Translations under genes and position numbers: made by a program
The notes under the pieces: model-generated
Databases searched by the model: none
The model's input: the letters and a program-made list of their open reading frames with translations, nothing else
What the model was told of the DNA's origin: nothing
In this document: piece after piece, positions 42,001 to 57,000 of the stretch
Position numbering within the stretch: the first letter of the stretch is position 1
Layout: the number at the start of each line of letters is the position of its first letter
Origin: an uncultured bacterium
GTDB taxonomy: Bacteria > Verrucomicrobiota > Kiritimatiellia > RFP12 > UBA1067
Length of the DNA: 64,000 bases
Direction of reading: 5' to 3'
Assembly: GCA_902761035.1 (NCBI GenBank)
Contig: CACWIW010000003.1
Location: 508-64,507, forward strand

Positions 42001-45000
42001 CAACCCGTGCGGCGTCGATACCGACTTTGACCTCCTGCCCGACGGCTGGGAGCGCCAGTACCAAGGCACGGTGGTTCCGGCAGGCAGAGGCTTCGAGGGC
42101 ATCAATCCGGACATAGTCCAGATCATCAAGCGCAACGACAACCTTGGAAGCAACGCCGTCATCCGCGCCTACATCTCGTTCGGCATGGACGGCACGTACA
42201 ACGACGCATTCAAGGTGCCGACCGCAAATCAGGTCGATCCGAGAACCGGCACCCGCCGCAACCTCGACTTCGACAACGACGGACTTCTCAACTTCCAGGA
42301 ATACCTCGTGCAGGTGCTCCGCCACCTCCGCTACGACGACACCGAAACCCCGCTCATGGGCAGTTACCTGCCCGACGGCATCGCCGGCACGCGCAAGTAC
42401 ATCGGCTTCCTGCCGATGCACGTCTGGGACGGCGCAACCTTCTTCAAGACGGCGCGCGCAGCCGGATTCACGGGCCTCTCCGCACGGCAGGGCGACGGCT
42501 TCAAGTTCAGGGAGCTGGGTTACTTCGCGCCCCCGGAGAAGACGTGGGATCTCACGATGTCTGGAAGCCGTCTCCTCAAGCCGCCGAGGGGACTCAGCGA
42601 CATCGCCACGGCTGACGACGAAAACCGCATGGGCGCCTCGCGCTACGTCGGCACCGACCCGCGCGACTGGGATACCGACCGCGACGGCATGGACGACTAC
42701 TACGAACTGTTCCACGGCCTTAACCCGCTGCTGGGCAGCAAGGACATTATCTCCGAGGCGTACAACACCACCCTGAGCAACGATAAGCTGTTCAGCGCCC
42801 GCTGCACCGCATGGTCGAACTGGGAGGAGAAGGAGCTCGTCTACGATGCGATGAGGTTCCCGTGGGCGATGGGCGTTGCCGAGGCGGACGCCGACGGCGA
42901 CGGCCTGCGCAACACGGACGAGGCGTTGCTCGTCAACATGCCCAACCCGCCGAACTACCACACCGACCCGACGCCGCTGTGGATGACGGACTCCTCCTCT
43001 AAGATAAGCGTCACGGCGCAGTACTACTGCCGCGACCCATACGCGAGCGGCGAGGGCGATGACATCCCGGCCCTATCCACCTTCCCCTGGTTCACCTACG
43101 TCGACGGCAGGGATCCGGGCAGCGTGAACAAGTACATGTTCACCTTCGAGGAGAACGAAGGCTACGACACCGACCACGACTGGATTCCCGACGAGCAGGA
43201 GCTCACGCACGCCGTGACCAGTGCTACCAGCCCGCTGCACGGCTCCGATCCCGACCGCCGCCAGGCGATGTACTTCCCCGGCGAGGAATCGGTGGTGCAG
43301 TCCTACTCCGGCAACCTCCACCGCCGCATCGGCGAGAACTACGCGATGCTCCGCGCGTTCTCGGTCGAGGCGTGGGTGCGTCCCGAGGACCTCTCGCGCG
43401 AGCAGACGATCGTCACGCGCGTGTGCAACTATCCCTCCAGCACGCTCTCCAACGCAACGCATCAGGTACGTGCCAACTTCCGCATCAAGATGGAGGCCGG
43501 CGGCCGAGTCTGGGGCCAGTACGACTCCGACGACGCCGTGCCGAACGGCAGCCCCAAGGGCTTCGGCACCACCTCGGTGGAGGGCATCACGCTTGAGTCC
43601 AACAAGTGGTCGCACGTGGCCCTGACGTTTGACGGCAGCGCGCTCATCATCTACGTGAACGGAATCCCGGTGGGCAATTCCCCCGCCAGCCTCATTCCCG
43701 CGAACGGCCTCATCGTGACGTTGCAGGAGGTCAACCCGAACGGCTCCAACTACGGCGTTGACGGCTACGATACATATCCGAGCGCGCTGCTCATCGGCGC
43801 GGACGCCAAGGAACTCGGCGCCCTCGACATTGGACCCGACTCCGCATGGACGAACTACTGCGCCCACTACAAGGGCTGGGTTGACGAAGTGCGCGTGTGG
43901 GACGGTGCCCGCACGGAGGCGCAGATCAAGGCCGACTACACCAAACGCTACACGCTCAAGGACGTTTCAGAACTTCGCGACATGGTTTATCGCGAGTGGC
44001 TTGAGGGTGGCACGCACAACCCGAACGACGGGCGTCCCAACCTGTCGCCGGAACTGGTGTTCCACTACGGCTTCCAGCAGCTGCCGAGCGAAGTCGAGGC
44101 CGACTACGTAACATCAGAGCCCAGCGGCTTCACCGAAAGGGTGCTCGACAACGTGAAGTGGAACGGACGCAGCGTCGATATCCGCTGCGGCTGGTGGAAC
44201 GCCGTCCCGATCGCCAGCACCGTTTACGGCAACCGCGCGATCGTGCCGTGGGTCCGCGACACGTGCGCCATGCTGCCCATGATGGACGGCTCCACCTACG
44301 ACAGCCGCTACTGGAGCGAGCTGATCGGAGGCGTGACGTTCCCAGTGGAAGTTGGCGTCGCGCAGTTCCTGTTCCCGAACGTAGCGAATCCGTATCCATA
44401 CTGGAACTACATGGCCGAAACGTTCTTCCGCGAGCAGCGTCTCAATTGGATGCGCGGTTCCATCGGAGGAGATACAACAAATGTCGTATTTGACGTGTAC
44501 AACCGCATCCGCTTCGGTACCCGTACCCTCTTCGTAGGCGGCTCGGATCTTCTGCCGCTCGGCGGCGCATTCGCGAAGCGCTGCCCAGACTTCTGGGATG
44601 GCAACGGCTCGACTGACGCCTGGACGGCCACGGTGGACGACACCGACAACGACGGCCTGCCCGACTGGTGGGAGGCCCATGCCGTAGCCGAATATGGCGC
44701 GGACGCCGCAACGTTGATAGCGGCAACAATGGTCAACTACAAGTTGCCTTCCGGCGCGGTCGTCGAGATGTCGGCATGGGAGGCGTACCAGATCGACCTC
44801 GCGCTCGGCATCATGCCAGGCGAACCTCCCACTTACGACCCGGCGTACGAGAGCCTTGCCGACAACAACAACGACGGCCTGCCCGACTGGTGGCAGAAGC
44901 TCTACGACGTCTACGACCTCGACCCGGACGACGATCCTGACAACGACGGCTTGTCGAACTACTATGAATGGCTGATTTCGTGGGGCGACGAGTACGGATT

Positions 45001-48000
45001 CGGCATCGCCAACGGATTCCCCCTGCTGAATCCGCGTCGTATTCGCACTGGTCGTAGCCAGGAGGTGACGGACTATTTCCTGCGCAACGACACATCGGCC
45101 GAATACGCTGGATACTACTTTGGCGAGATTACTTCCGACCACGACTTCATGGAGGACTGGTGGGAGAAGACCTACAAGCAAGATTATGCGAGCATTGGCG
45201 TGTACGACCCCTGGGACGACAAGGACGAAGACGGATGGAGCAACTTCGCCGAATGCCGCAATGCCCTTTGGGGCGGCACATATACAGCGGACGCCATCAG
45301 CCGCTACTTCGACGGCGAACAGATGTCGCTGTGCTATCCCTCGCCTGCTCTTGGCGTGCGTGTGACGTACAATGGCGCGCAGAACGTAGTGGGCAAGCCG
45401 CTGGTGGTGCGTACGCACACTGGCTTCCAGAAGCGAGAGGACGCGACGTTCGTGGTGGTTGGCGCGAGCGCAGACGTGCAGGAGAACACCAAGTTCATTG
45501 GCGGGTACTACACTGGCGCGACGACGCTTCGCGGCTTCATCGATCCCGGAGCGGTCATCCCTGCGGAAGGGCATTTCAAGCAGGCCTGGTTGGTAACGGG
45601 CAAGACATACCGGTGGGATGTCCCGAATTACTACACCTACCCGCGCGTTGGATCGTATGAAGAATTTATGGCAGACGTCCTGCGCTTTGGAAGAGCTAAT
45701 GTGATTTTGCTCACTTCCGAGCTTGATTGGAAGAATCTCGGTACGACTCGTGCGATTGATTCGCTGGGTAAGCACGGCGTAATCGACGCGGTTGATGGCA
45801 GCAAGCAGATCGGTACGATTGACTTCTCGACGGGCGAGTATTCGCTGGACATGGCGGCGATTGCAACGCTGAACGAAAATGACCTTGAAGGATGCGTGTT
45901 CAAGGTGGATTACCAGACGCGCGTTTCGCGCGACTGGCCGCAGTCGTTCTGGCTGAGCGCGCCGAAGGAGGGACGTGTCCGCGAAGGCAAGAACACGATT
46001 GAGGCGTTCATCGACCTCAACGAAGACGGAAACTATACGCCCGGCGAGCCGTTTGGCGTGGCGCAGAACGTGGACGTTGGCTGGTATCGGACTTCGGAAA
46101 CGCTGATCGAGCTAACGGACACGATCAGCGTGGTGCCGCGCATGAACATTGCCTCGCTGGCAAACGACCGTACGGTCGTCGGCGGAGTTTCGGGCGGCGT
46201 GGCTCTCGGTTCGGGCGAAGAGGGGAATTCCGAAGGTTCGTCAGGCCAGAGCTCTGGTAACAACGCCAACGGCCTTACGAAGCAGGTCCGCATCGTGCGC
46301 CGTGCGATCAACGGCGTTGATGCGCCGAATCGCATTCTGATGAACAAGTCTTTCGTGCTGAACGACCGTGCATACATCCACGAAGGGGACGTTCTCTCGC
46401 CGTCCCGTCTGGATCTCGATTGGCAGTGGCTCGCGACCGACGCTGCTGAAATGGAGATCGACACCATCCGCACCGTAGAGTATGCCATCGAGGAGGTGCG
46501 TAAGCTTTCGGACGGAGCCACCACGAACATCCAGCTTGCTACCTTCTTGAACCACTACAACCCCAGTCGTTCCGTGCCGACTGCCGTGAGGCCGGTTGAC
46601 GGCGAACCTGTGCATTCTGCAACGCCGACGTTCCGCTGGGCCGTGGGCGACGAAACCATGACGGCGTTCGAGCTGCAGGTGCGCGACGCGGACGGCGTGG
46701 TCGTGTACGACAGCGGTATCCAGCGCCTGCCCGGTCGTACTGCGACCTTCGTGGACACGGCGCATTACGCATTCAATCCGCTCCTCTCGGTTGACACCTG
46801 CACGAGCACGAACGGTTCGCCCGTATTCGCGGACGGCACGAACTGGCAGTGGCGCGTGGCGCTGTTCAATGCAAAATACAACACCGTAGACGAGGCGGCA
46901 TGGAGCCAGTGGGCCGATTTCCGCACGGACACGGTGAACGACGGCATCGCGACGGGCTACGGCTCTTGTACGGCTGCCGTTCGCTACTACGGTCCCGGCA
47001 CGATTGACGACCCCGGTCTAGTGGTTGTCGATGCCTTCACCACGCCGGACTTCTCCGGTCAGCCGCTCGCACGCGCCCGCCTGTCGAGCATTGACAAGCT
47101 CTCGAGCATTGACGACGTGACGACTACGAACACATGCTTCCGCGGCATCGAGCCCGGCACGGTCTACCTGCGTGCGTTCTTCGACCGCAACAACAACGGC
47201 AAATGGGATCGCTGGGAGCCCTGGGGCTACGCGAACAGGCGCGACGAGCTCGCGAGCGTTAGCGACATCTTCAGCCCGAGGGGAATGACGGTCACGGGCG
47301 ACCGCGCGGAGAACGTTCCTTCGATCACGATATACATCGAGGACACCGACGTGAACCGCAACAAGATTGTTGACGTCCTTGAGGACGAAGCACTGTTCGG
47401 CAACACGGTAAGCGAAGTCGATGCCGACGGTGACGGCATGGGAGAGGTCGAAGAGAACGATATCGGCACCGATCCCTCGGTATGGGATTCGGATGGCGAC
47501 GGCATGCCCGATGGTTGGGAGTTCCGGTTCGCCGCTACCGATCCGCTCATGGCGGATGCGAGCAAGACTGCCGAAGGCGACGTGATGGCATACGCGGAGG
47601 AGAACTGGATGCTCGTCACCGATGCATCTGACGCCATGTACCTAGTCAACCCGACGAACACTGATGTGCGCGTTGGCGATGTCCTGCCGCTCGCACGCCT
47701 CGTCTCCACATACGACTATGCCGGAAAGTACGGCGTTGGCACGAACCTGACCGACACCGTGACAACGTTCCGCGTGTCGAAGGTAGAAGACGTTACTGCC
47801 GTGTTCGTCCATGCTCAGGTGTACGACAGGTACGGCTACAGTCCGCTGACTGCCGTTCCTGCGGAGAATGCCGTGCATACAAAGCCGTTCACGTCGCTTG
47901 ACAAGTACCTCCTCATCCGCTACTTCGAGTCGCTCGGCTTCTGCAACGAAGCGGAAGTCAACGCCAACCGCATCTGGGCGGACTTCTCGCTCAAGCCCAA

Positions 48001-51000
48001 CGACCCCGACAACGACCGCGACGGCGTATATGACGGGTGGGAACTTTACGTGATGTTCGGAACGAACGAGATGGGCGTCGTCAACTTGACGGGCGGAACT
48101 ATCGTCAGTCCGTGGAACTCTGAAGATCGCTACACGAGGTTTGACGGCAGCACGGGTGGTCTTGCGCTCATCGAAGATTATGACGATGGATACATGCCGA
48201 CAGATCCCTGGCATAGCACCACAGAGGCGCTCGGACTTGTAGGCATCGACGATGTTGACGCATTCCGCTTCCGCCTGAAGTCGATTGAGTCCCAGCTTGC
48301 CGACGACGACAACGACGGTCTCTCCAACTGGGCGGAGTACCTCGCATACAAGTTGACGGGCAAATATTTTGACGTGAAGAATCCATGCTCCGTCACGCCC
48401 AACCGTCTTGATTACTTCTACCAGTTCGAGCAGGGCGGCGTGATGAAGTACATCGGCGAATGCATCGACATTGACGGGTTCGGCCTCATCGCCGACCACG
48501 ACTTCATGGAAGACTACAACGAAGACCTGTACGACGTCGATCTGCTCAACCGCTACTCATACGACCCGTTCCTCGATGCGGACGGCGACGGTTGGAGCAA
48601 CTATGCCGAGGCCAGGGCCGGCACTGCATCCGACCGGACTGTTACGCTTTCGATAGAAGATTCAAAGTATCCGGAATATCCAATACCGGTCATCAAGGCC
48701 GACTTCCTGTACAGGGGTAGCGAGTCCCTTGGCGGAGGCGTAATTTTACAGGCATATAGAGCTGGCAGCGCCAAGAGCGACGCAGAATGGAAATCCGCGA
48801 CTCCAGGTTTGGACGGTGTCAAGACCAAGATTTTGGGCACATGGCGCAACGGGGCATTGCGGTTCATGCTCTCGCCCAGTAATGTCCGTCCGGGCAGTGT
48901 CAACATACAGGCAAAGGACCTCGCGTTCGTTTATACGGATTCAATATATAACTGGCCGAGCTGGTACAACGACATTTGGTATGCCGGTACCGCCGCAGAG
49001 GCAGAGTGGTTTGACATTGTCTCCGACAGGCAGCGGGACGATGACAGACTGCGTGGTGATCTGATTTACAACAAGACCATTCTCACGAGTTCGTCAAGCG
49101 ATTCAAACGCAGCTGTGACCAACAATGAGATAAGGATTGTTGGTTGGGTTGATTATTTGACGGGTCAGTGCGAAATCGACTTCACAGCTCTTGACGGTTA
49201 TTTCTATAGGAACATAATGGCGGGTGCGAACTTCCGCGCCATGCGTTATAACTTGGAGAATTCGTATTTCCGTGTACGCCACAATAGCGAGTTTGTCACC
49301 GACAGTGTCAAGCAGACCTTCTACTTCTCCGAATGCGCTAACGGCATGTTGCTTGAGGGGAAGTATAACTTCATGGCGTTTATTGATGCCAACAGCGATG
49401 GTACGTATACGATTGGCGAGCCGATGGGTGTCGTTCGTGACGTCAACGTCGGATGGGACAGGGTACCCGACCTTTTGATTGAGCTAACGGATGATACGGT
49501 CGCCGGGGCGAGGTTCACGGTTCCGGCGCAGACCAACGGGGCGACGCGCGTCAGGGTCCTTCGCACCGCCATTAACGGCGTACCCATGGAACGCAAGCGC
49601 ACTGTCTATGTTAAGACGCTTGACCTTACCAAGGGGCGGACTTTCTCCGAGGTTGACTTCATCAAGGACGGCGAGTACGACTTTGATTGGGCGAACCTCG
49701 CCGCCGATGCCCAGGCTCTCCTCGGCATTGAGGCATCGAACATTCTGAATGCCGATTACGCCGTTTACCTCGACAGCGGAGATCCTACGCCGATCTACAC
49801 GTTCAGCCGGTCGTTCGACGCGATGAACCTGGCTCCTGCCGTAAGCTGGGCTTCGATCTCGAACCACAACGTTGTCGCAACCGCCCAGCCGACTCTTAAG
49901 TGGAAGGCTTCCGCTGGCTATCCGGCATTCGCTTTGCAGATTGCGAAGGACGAGGACTTCACGGACGTCATCTACTCCGTTACGAACCTGATGCCGGCCG
50001 CTACTGCCGACGGATGCCAGTTCAAGCCGGACGTGTACGCCGGGTACGGACTTGAAGACGGCTCCAATTACTTCTGGCGTGTCCAGCAGGTGAACGCCAA
50101 GTTCACAACGAACATCTGGAGCTCGGCTGCATCATTTACGATGAAGGTTGATTCCTCGAATGCGGACACGGGTTACGGCAAGCTCCGTGCGGAAGTCCGT
50201 TACTTCGGACCGGCCACGGACGACCTGACGAACGTCGTCGTGGGCGTTTATGAGAGCGCGGACTTCGTATCCATGCCTGTGGCGCGCATGCGCCTCTCCG
50301 GCGACGGCAAGGTGACCGACCTTACCAACGACCTCACACAGGCGTTCTCCGTTGTTGCCACAAGTGGCGTGAGCGTCGTGACGCTCGACGGCATCAAGCC
50401 TGGCACATACTACTTGATGGCGTTCATCGACTCGAATGGCAACAGCGTCCGCGACCCGTGGGAGACTTGGGGTTACGCGAACAAGGTTGGCACGGATGGC
50501 AGGGACATCTACACGCCGGTGTCCGTGACTGTCAAATCCGCAAAATCCGCCACGCCTTCCGCATACATCGTGATGGAGGATACGGACGTCAACCAGAACT
50601 GGATTCCGGACTGCATCGACACCGTTGACCTGGAAGGCTGGAAACCCTCCTCCGAGGTGAAGCCCGACGAGCCTACGGCTGACGTTGATACTGACGGCGA
50701 CGGCCTGACGGATGCCGAGGAGGACGACTACGGAACCGATCCTCGCAATCCCGACACCGACGGCGACGGTCTGCCAGATGGCTTCGAGGTCCAGGCCGGC
50801 ACCGATCCGCTCTTCGCTGATTCCGATCTCGCCGGCGCGAACGACGTGATGGCGTACAAGCTCGACACGCTGACCATCATGGTCGCCACGAACGCCGAAG
50901 GCTCCGTGACCAACAGATTCGTGGTCAACTCCCGCTTCGAGGACGGTTACCCGCAGATGAGCAACACCGTTTACACCGTGTTTGAGGTGAACGGCCAGCT

Positions 51001-54000
51001 CTTCGTCGGCGCGCCGACCAACCGTGCGGCGGCAACGGACGGTTACATGTACGGCTACATGACGACAAACGTGGTGGTTATGCACTCGGCCGTGTACGAC
51101 TTCTACGGCTACGACCCGACCACGGCGAAACCTGGCACCGCGACCGTTGACGACGAAGGCAACGCCACGACCGCCCTGGGCGCAAACACCGTTCCGTTCT
51201 CGGCGTACCTGAAGTACGTCACGCAGCAGTACTACCTCAAGGAGTTCGGCGACGCGACGAACGACTTCGCTCTCGCGATTAACAAGCTCGACTCCAACGC
51301 GAACTACCTGCCCGACGGCTACGAGCTGTATGTAAGGTATGCAACGTGGCACGACCCGTCTGTTTCGTACTCCGACGCTGACGCGCGTTCGTCTTACGGC
51401 GACAACGCGGCGGGCATGGCTTACGATCCGTATGAAGAGTACTTGTTCTTCAACCGCCTTGAGAACAAGGTTGGCGTGGTGAAGTTCACCAACTTTGAGG
51501 CTTGCCGTTATAACATCATTGACGGCGACCTCCTGAAGGATGAAGACAATGACGGACTTTCCAATTACCATGAGTTCCTTGCCTCGAAGGCCCCGTACAA
51601 TGTGATGCTCGACGTGATGAACGCGATGAGCGACGGCGCGACGCTTGACTACTTCCGCACGGCGGGTGGTACATACCTCGGTCTCGCCCTTAACGGCGGC
51701 GAGTTCATCGAGAATGAAGCCCGCACGAAGATGGGCATTGACATCCTTGACATGGCCGGCACGCGCTACCGTCCGTCCGACGGCTGGGACTACTGGAGCA
51801 TTGCCCGCTACAACTACGCGAACGCCGATACGAATGGCCTGGCCACGCCATTGCCCACGCCGGAGCCGCCGGTCACGATGACCCTCCGCTGGAGGAATCC
51901 GCACTGGACGCAGTACCAGGCGCAGGGCGTTACCATTAAGGCGTATCAGGTGAATCCCGCTTACCCCGAGCAGGGAGAGGACGAGATGATCGCCTGGGCA
52001 CCCAGCGCGAACAACTTCGAGCCCGATACGACGTTTGGCGGCGGAGTTGCTGTCCTCAGGGCCGACAAGTTAGCGTGGAGGCTTAGCAGTGATCCAGACC
52101 CTGACACAGGGGTCTTCAACCTCAAGCCCGGCAAGGTGCGCTTCGAGGTCACGCTCGACGACACCGACTTCGCCGGATCGGCGGAGACGGTCATCGGCTG
52201 GGCCGGCGTAGATGTGACGGTCACGCTCACCGACCGTGCCAACGGCCTCTCGTACCTGCCGGAAATCCAGCGCAACGACTCCGCGTCCCACGTGGCCATC
52301 ATCCGCACGAAGGTCAACGGACAGGCGGTCACGCCGCGCGGCGTGTGGTACAAGGTGTATTCCAACAACATCGATCGCAGAACGGTCATGCCGACTGAGT
52401 TCATGGATGATGAGTTCATCGGAATCGACAAGTTCCTCGCCGAAGCAGATGAGACGATGCTCGGCACGACTCTCGACAAGGTTGAGAGCGTGACATACGA
52501 AGTGCTTACCGGCACGCCTCCGTTCACAACAGCAAACCTCAACGGCGACGTTGCCGAGGAGGCAGGCGATGAGGCGGAAGCCGCATCGAGGAACCAGACG
52601 TTCACGATGCACTATTCGCTTGAACGCGACAAGGCCGAGATATTCTCCTTCGAGGACGGCGTGGAAGGCACGGCTACACTCACGTTCGGACCCTCCACCA
52701 ACTCCGCGAGCTGGAAGTTCTGGGTCAAGGTCGAGAACACCTTCAACGGCAACTGTGTCACCAACATCTATGGCGGCGACAGGGGCTTCTTGATCCCGAC
52801 GTTCACCGCCGAAGGCCGCGTGACGATCGATCCCGCCGAATACGGCATCGCGCTCACCGAGGGCACCAACGTGGTCTGCGTGGCCCTTGGCAACGACAAG
52901 TTCGGCGCGCCCGCAGAGGATGACGAAGCGGCATGGTCCGCGCCCGCCACGTTCTACACGAACAAGGCGGCGGACTTCCCGGGCTCGATCACGCTTGACG
53001 TGCGCCACCCGCTCATCGCGCCCGCAGACCTCAAGCCGGCCAACCTCGTTGTGGCCGCATACGAGCTGCCCGACCTGGCAAAGCCCGTTGTGATCGGCGC
53101 TAAGACGATGGTCGTGACCAACAGCACGGTGATCACGGGTCTCCGTCCGAGGGCGAAGTACTACGTGGCCGCGTGGTACGTCTCCGACAAGGACGCGCGC
53201 CTCGGCACCGCCGCTGCGCTCGAGCGCAAACCTTGGGACACCTGGGGCTACGCCGCCGACATCGGCAGCGACAAGGTTGCCGCGTTTACGCCCGTGGCGG
53301 TCGCGGCGGACTCCACCGAGCCTGTCGTGGTCTACCTCCAGGACACAGACTGGAACGACAACATCGTGATCGACCGTGAGGAAATCTTCTCCGCCGCCGA
53401 CAACGACTACACCGGCAGCTACTTCGGTGCCGCCATACTCGACTTCGACCGCGACGGCCTGCCCGACGCTTGGGAAGAGCTGTTCGGCAACGACCCGACG
53501 CTTGCGGACGACGCCGGCGTCGCCGCCGATGGCGACGTGATGGCGTACTTTGAGGAACAGCGCACCGCCGTCATCGTTACGAACAGCACCGGGGAGGCGA
53601 CGACTTACCTCCTCCCGCACGACGCGCTTGTCGCGCCGAAGGTGGGCGACGAGTTCTCCGCCACGGATACGCTCTCGCTCTTCACCTCCTACGAGTACGG
53701 CAACCTCCTCGGCGAGGGCACGAACGTGACGCTCGACGCCGGACGCGTGGTGTCGATCTCCAACGCGACGGTGGCAATCGTCCACTGGCAGGTCTATGAC
53801 CGCTTCGGCTTCGACCCGAAGACCTGCGTCAAGGACGACGACGCAGTGAACACGAAGGAGTTCACGGCGCTTGACAAGTACCTGCTCCTCAAGCACTTCG
53901 CCGCACTCGGCTTCAACGACGGTGCCGATACGCTGGCGAACTGGGAAGCCTGGACGCTCAAGCCCGGCGTGGTTGACGCCGACGGCGACGGCATCGCCGA

Positions 54001-57000
54001 CGGCTGGGAACTCTACACGATGTTCGGCCCGAACGACAAGACGACGGCCAACATGAAGCTCAGCCCGTGGAATTATGCCGATCGCAACAACAAGCTCTCG
54101 CCTGACGGTCTGCTTTCCAGCGTCGAGGAGTACGACGGCGGCAATTCGCCGACCGACCCGTACAGCGACGACACCGACCTTGACGGCATCACCGACGCGG
54201 TCGCATACGATTACCAGATCAAGTCCGCCGAGTCGCAGCTTGCCGACTACGACAACGACGGCCTCTCCAACTGGGCCGAGTACCTCGCCTCGCTGCTGAC
54301 GGGCGTGGACTTCGATGTGCGCAACCCGTACACCTTCGGCAACCGCCTCGACTACTTCTATCGTTACAACGGCATGTACGTTGGAGAAAGTGTTGACGCC
54401 GACGGCCTCGGCCTCATCGCCGACCATGACTTCATGGAAGACTACGTTGAAGACGTCATCGGCTACAATCGCTACGTTTACGACGCCAGCATCGACAAGG
54501 ACGGCAACGGCTGGGACAACTGGTCCGAAGTCCGCGCCCGCTACAACGAGGCAACGTGGGTTGTCGTTGGCGAAGAGACCAACACGTACACGAGGACGTT
54601 CAACTCCTTCACGCCAGAGGCAAAGGCTCAATGGCAGATGTGGTATGATAATGAATTCTTTCCAAAGGTGCTTGGTGGTACTAGGACTGCATGGCTTGTG
54701 TCTGCGCGGTACTATAATGCGAATGGCGAAGAGAAGTTTACCTACACTGGGGATGTGGCGGGTTATCCGATAAATGACTCTTCTTGCGAAGTGATTTGGT
54801 ACGAGCTAGATGACAAGAAGTCCTACGGCGGCAAGCCGCTGCCGAACGTCAACGTCCGCATCTATGGCGTTGAGGGTGGCGCGTCGAACATTACGGTTGC
54901 GGCATACTCCGACAAGAACCTCCGTTCGCCTGACGCGACGTTTGAGGTCGAAGGCAAGGCCGTTGACGGTGTGGTGGCGGCTTCGTTTGTCGGCGATGGC
55001 ATGAAGCAGGGCCTCAACACGTTCGTCGTGACGGCTGGTGCGAAGACTGGCTTCGCGAAGGCGAGCGTCGGCTTTGACCGCGTGGACGTGGAAATCGTGC
55101 TCCGCGACGGCGCAATCGCCTTCACCGTAGAGCCGCAGACGGACGCCACCACGCGCGTACGCGTCCTCCGCACCGCGATCAACGGAACCACTGTCGCGCC
55201 GCGTGCGGTCTACGCGAAGACGCTTGACCTCCGTAGCGGCAAGACGTTCACCGAGGCCGACCTCGTCAAGGACGGCGAGTTCGACTTCGACCAGACGTAC
55301 CTCGAGGCCGACGCAATCGCCGCCGGAATTGTCGCCTCTGCGACCGAAATCCGCTCCGTCGGCTACGCGGTCTATCTCGACTGGGGCGACGCACAGCCGA
55401 TCTACACCTTCACGCGCACGTTCGACGCGCAGAACCTCGCGCCCGCCGCGAGCGGCGCATCCGCGCAGCACGGCTACGTGGTCGCCTCCGCGCAGCCCGC
55501 CCTCACGTGGAAGGCGTCCGCCGGATATCCCGCGTTCGCTCTCCAGATCGCGACGGAAAACACGTTCGCCGACGACAAGATCGTGTACGCCACGACCAAC
55601 GTGATGCCCGGCGTCGCAGCCGACGGCTGCACGTTCAAGCCCGAAATCTACGTGGGCGACGGCCTCGACGACGCGACGACCTACTTCTGGCGCGTCGCGC
55701 AGCTGAACTCCAAGTTCACCACGAACAAGTGGAGCGAGGTCGCCGAGTTCACCACCGCCGTGAACGTCAGCAACGCCGACACCGGCTACGGCCGCGTCGC
55801 CGTCGATCTCCGCTACTTCGGACCTTCGGCTGAAACCCTCGACAAGGTCGTGGTTGGCGTGTACGAATCCGCCGACTTCACGACCGAGCCTGTCGCCCGC
55901 ATGCACCTCGTCGGAGCAGGCGGAGTCTCCGCGCTCGCCCGCGATCCTGCCGCAGGCAAGGAGTTCACCGAGGTTACGACGAACGTCGTGATCGACGGCA
56001 TTGCGCCCGGCGACTACTACGTGATGGCGTTCATCGACGCGAACGGGAACCACAAGCGCGACGCCTGGGAGACCTGGGGCTACGTGAACAAGATCGGCAC
56101 CGACGCCGCAGACCTTTACACGCCCGTCTCGCTCAAGGTGGTCTCCACCAAGGCCGGCGCTCCGTCCGCGTTCCTCGTGATGGAGGATACGGACGTCAAC
56201 CAGAACTGGACGCCTGACTGCATCGAACCCGCCGCCAACTTCGACGGCTGGACGCCTGCACAGCAGATTGAACCCGACCAGCCGACGGCAGAGGACATCG
56301 ATTCCGACGGCGACGGCCTGACCGACGCCGAGGAGGACGACTACGGCACCGATCCTCGCAATCCCGACACGGACGGCGACGGACTGCCCGATGGCTGGGA
56401 AGTCAAGAACGGCACCGATCCGCTCTTCGCGGACGCCGACCTTGCCGGACTGAACGACGTGATGGCGTACAAGGTTGATGCGCTTAAGGTGATGTTCACC
56501 ACCAATGATGTCGGCGAGGTGACTGGGCGCTATGTGGTCAACTCCCGCTTCGAGGATGGCTACGAGCAGCAGAGCAACACCGTTTACACGGTCTTCGAGG
56601 TAGGTGGCCAGCTTTACGTTGGTGCGCCGACGAACCGCGTTGACGTGACGAATGCCTACGCTTACGCATTCATGACCAACGTGGTCGTGATGCACTCGGC
56701 GGTTTACGACTTCTACGGCTACGACCCAACCACGGCGAAGCCGGGAACTGTGCAGGCGGTCGCCGGCGAAGACGGCGCTGCGACCGAACAGACCGTCCAG
56801 GGTGTGAACACCGTTCCGTTCACGGCGTACCTCAAGTACGTGACGCAGATGTTCTACCTCAAGGAGTTTGGCGACGCGACGAACGACTTTGCGCTCGCGA
56901 TCAACAAGCTCGACTCCAACGCGAACTACCTGCCCGACGGCTACGAGCTGTATGTCCGCTACGCCGTGTGGCACGATCCGGCGTTGACCTACGATGACGC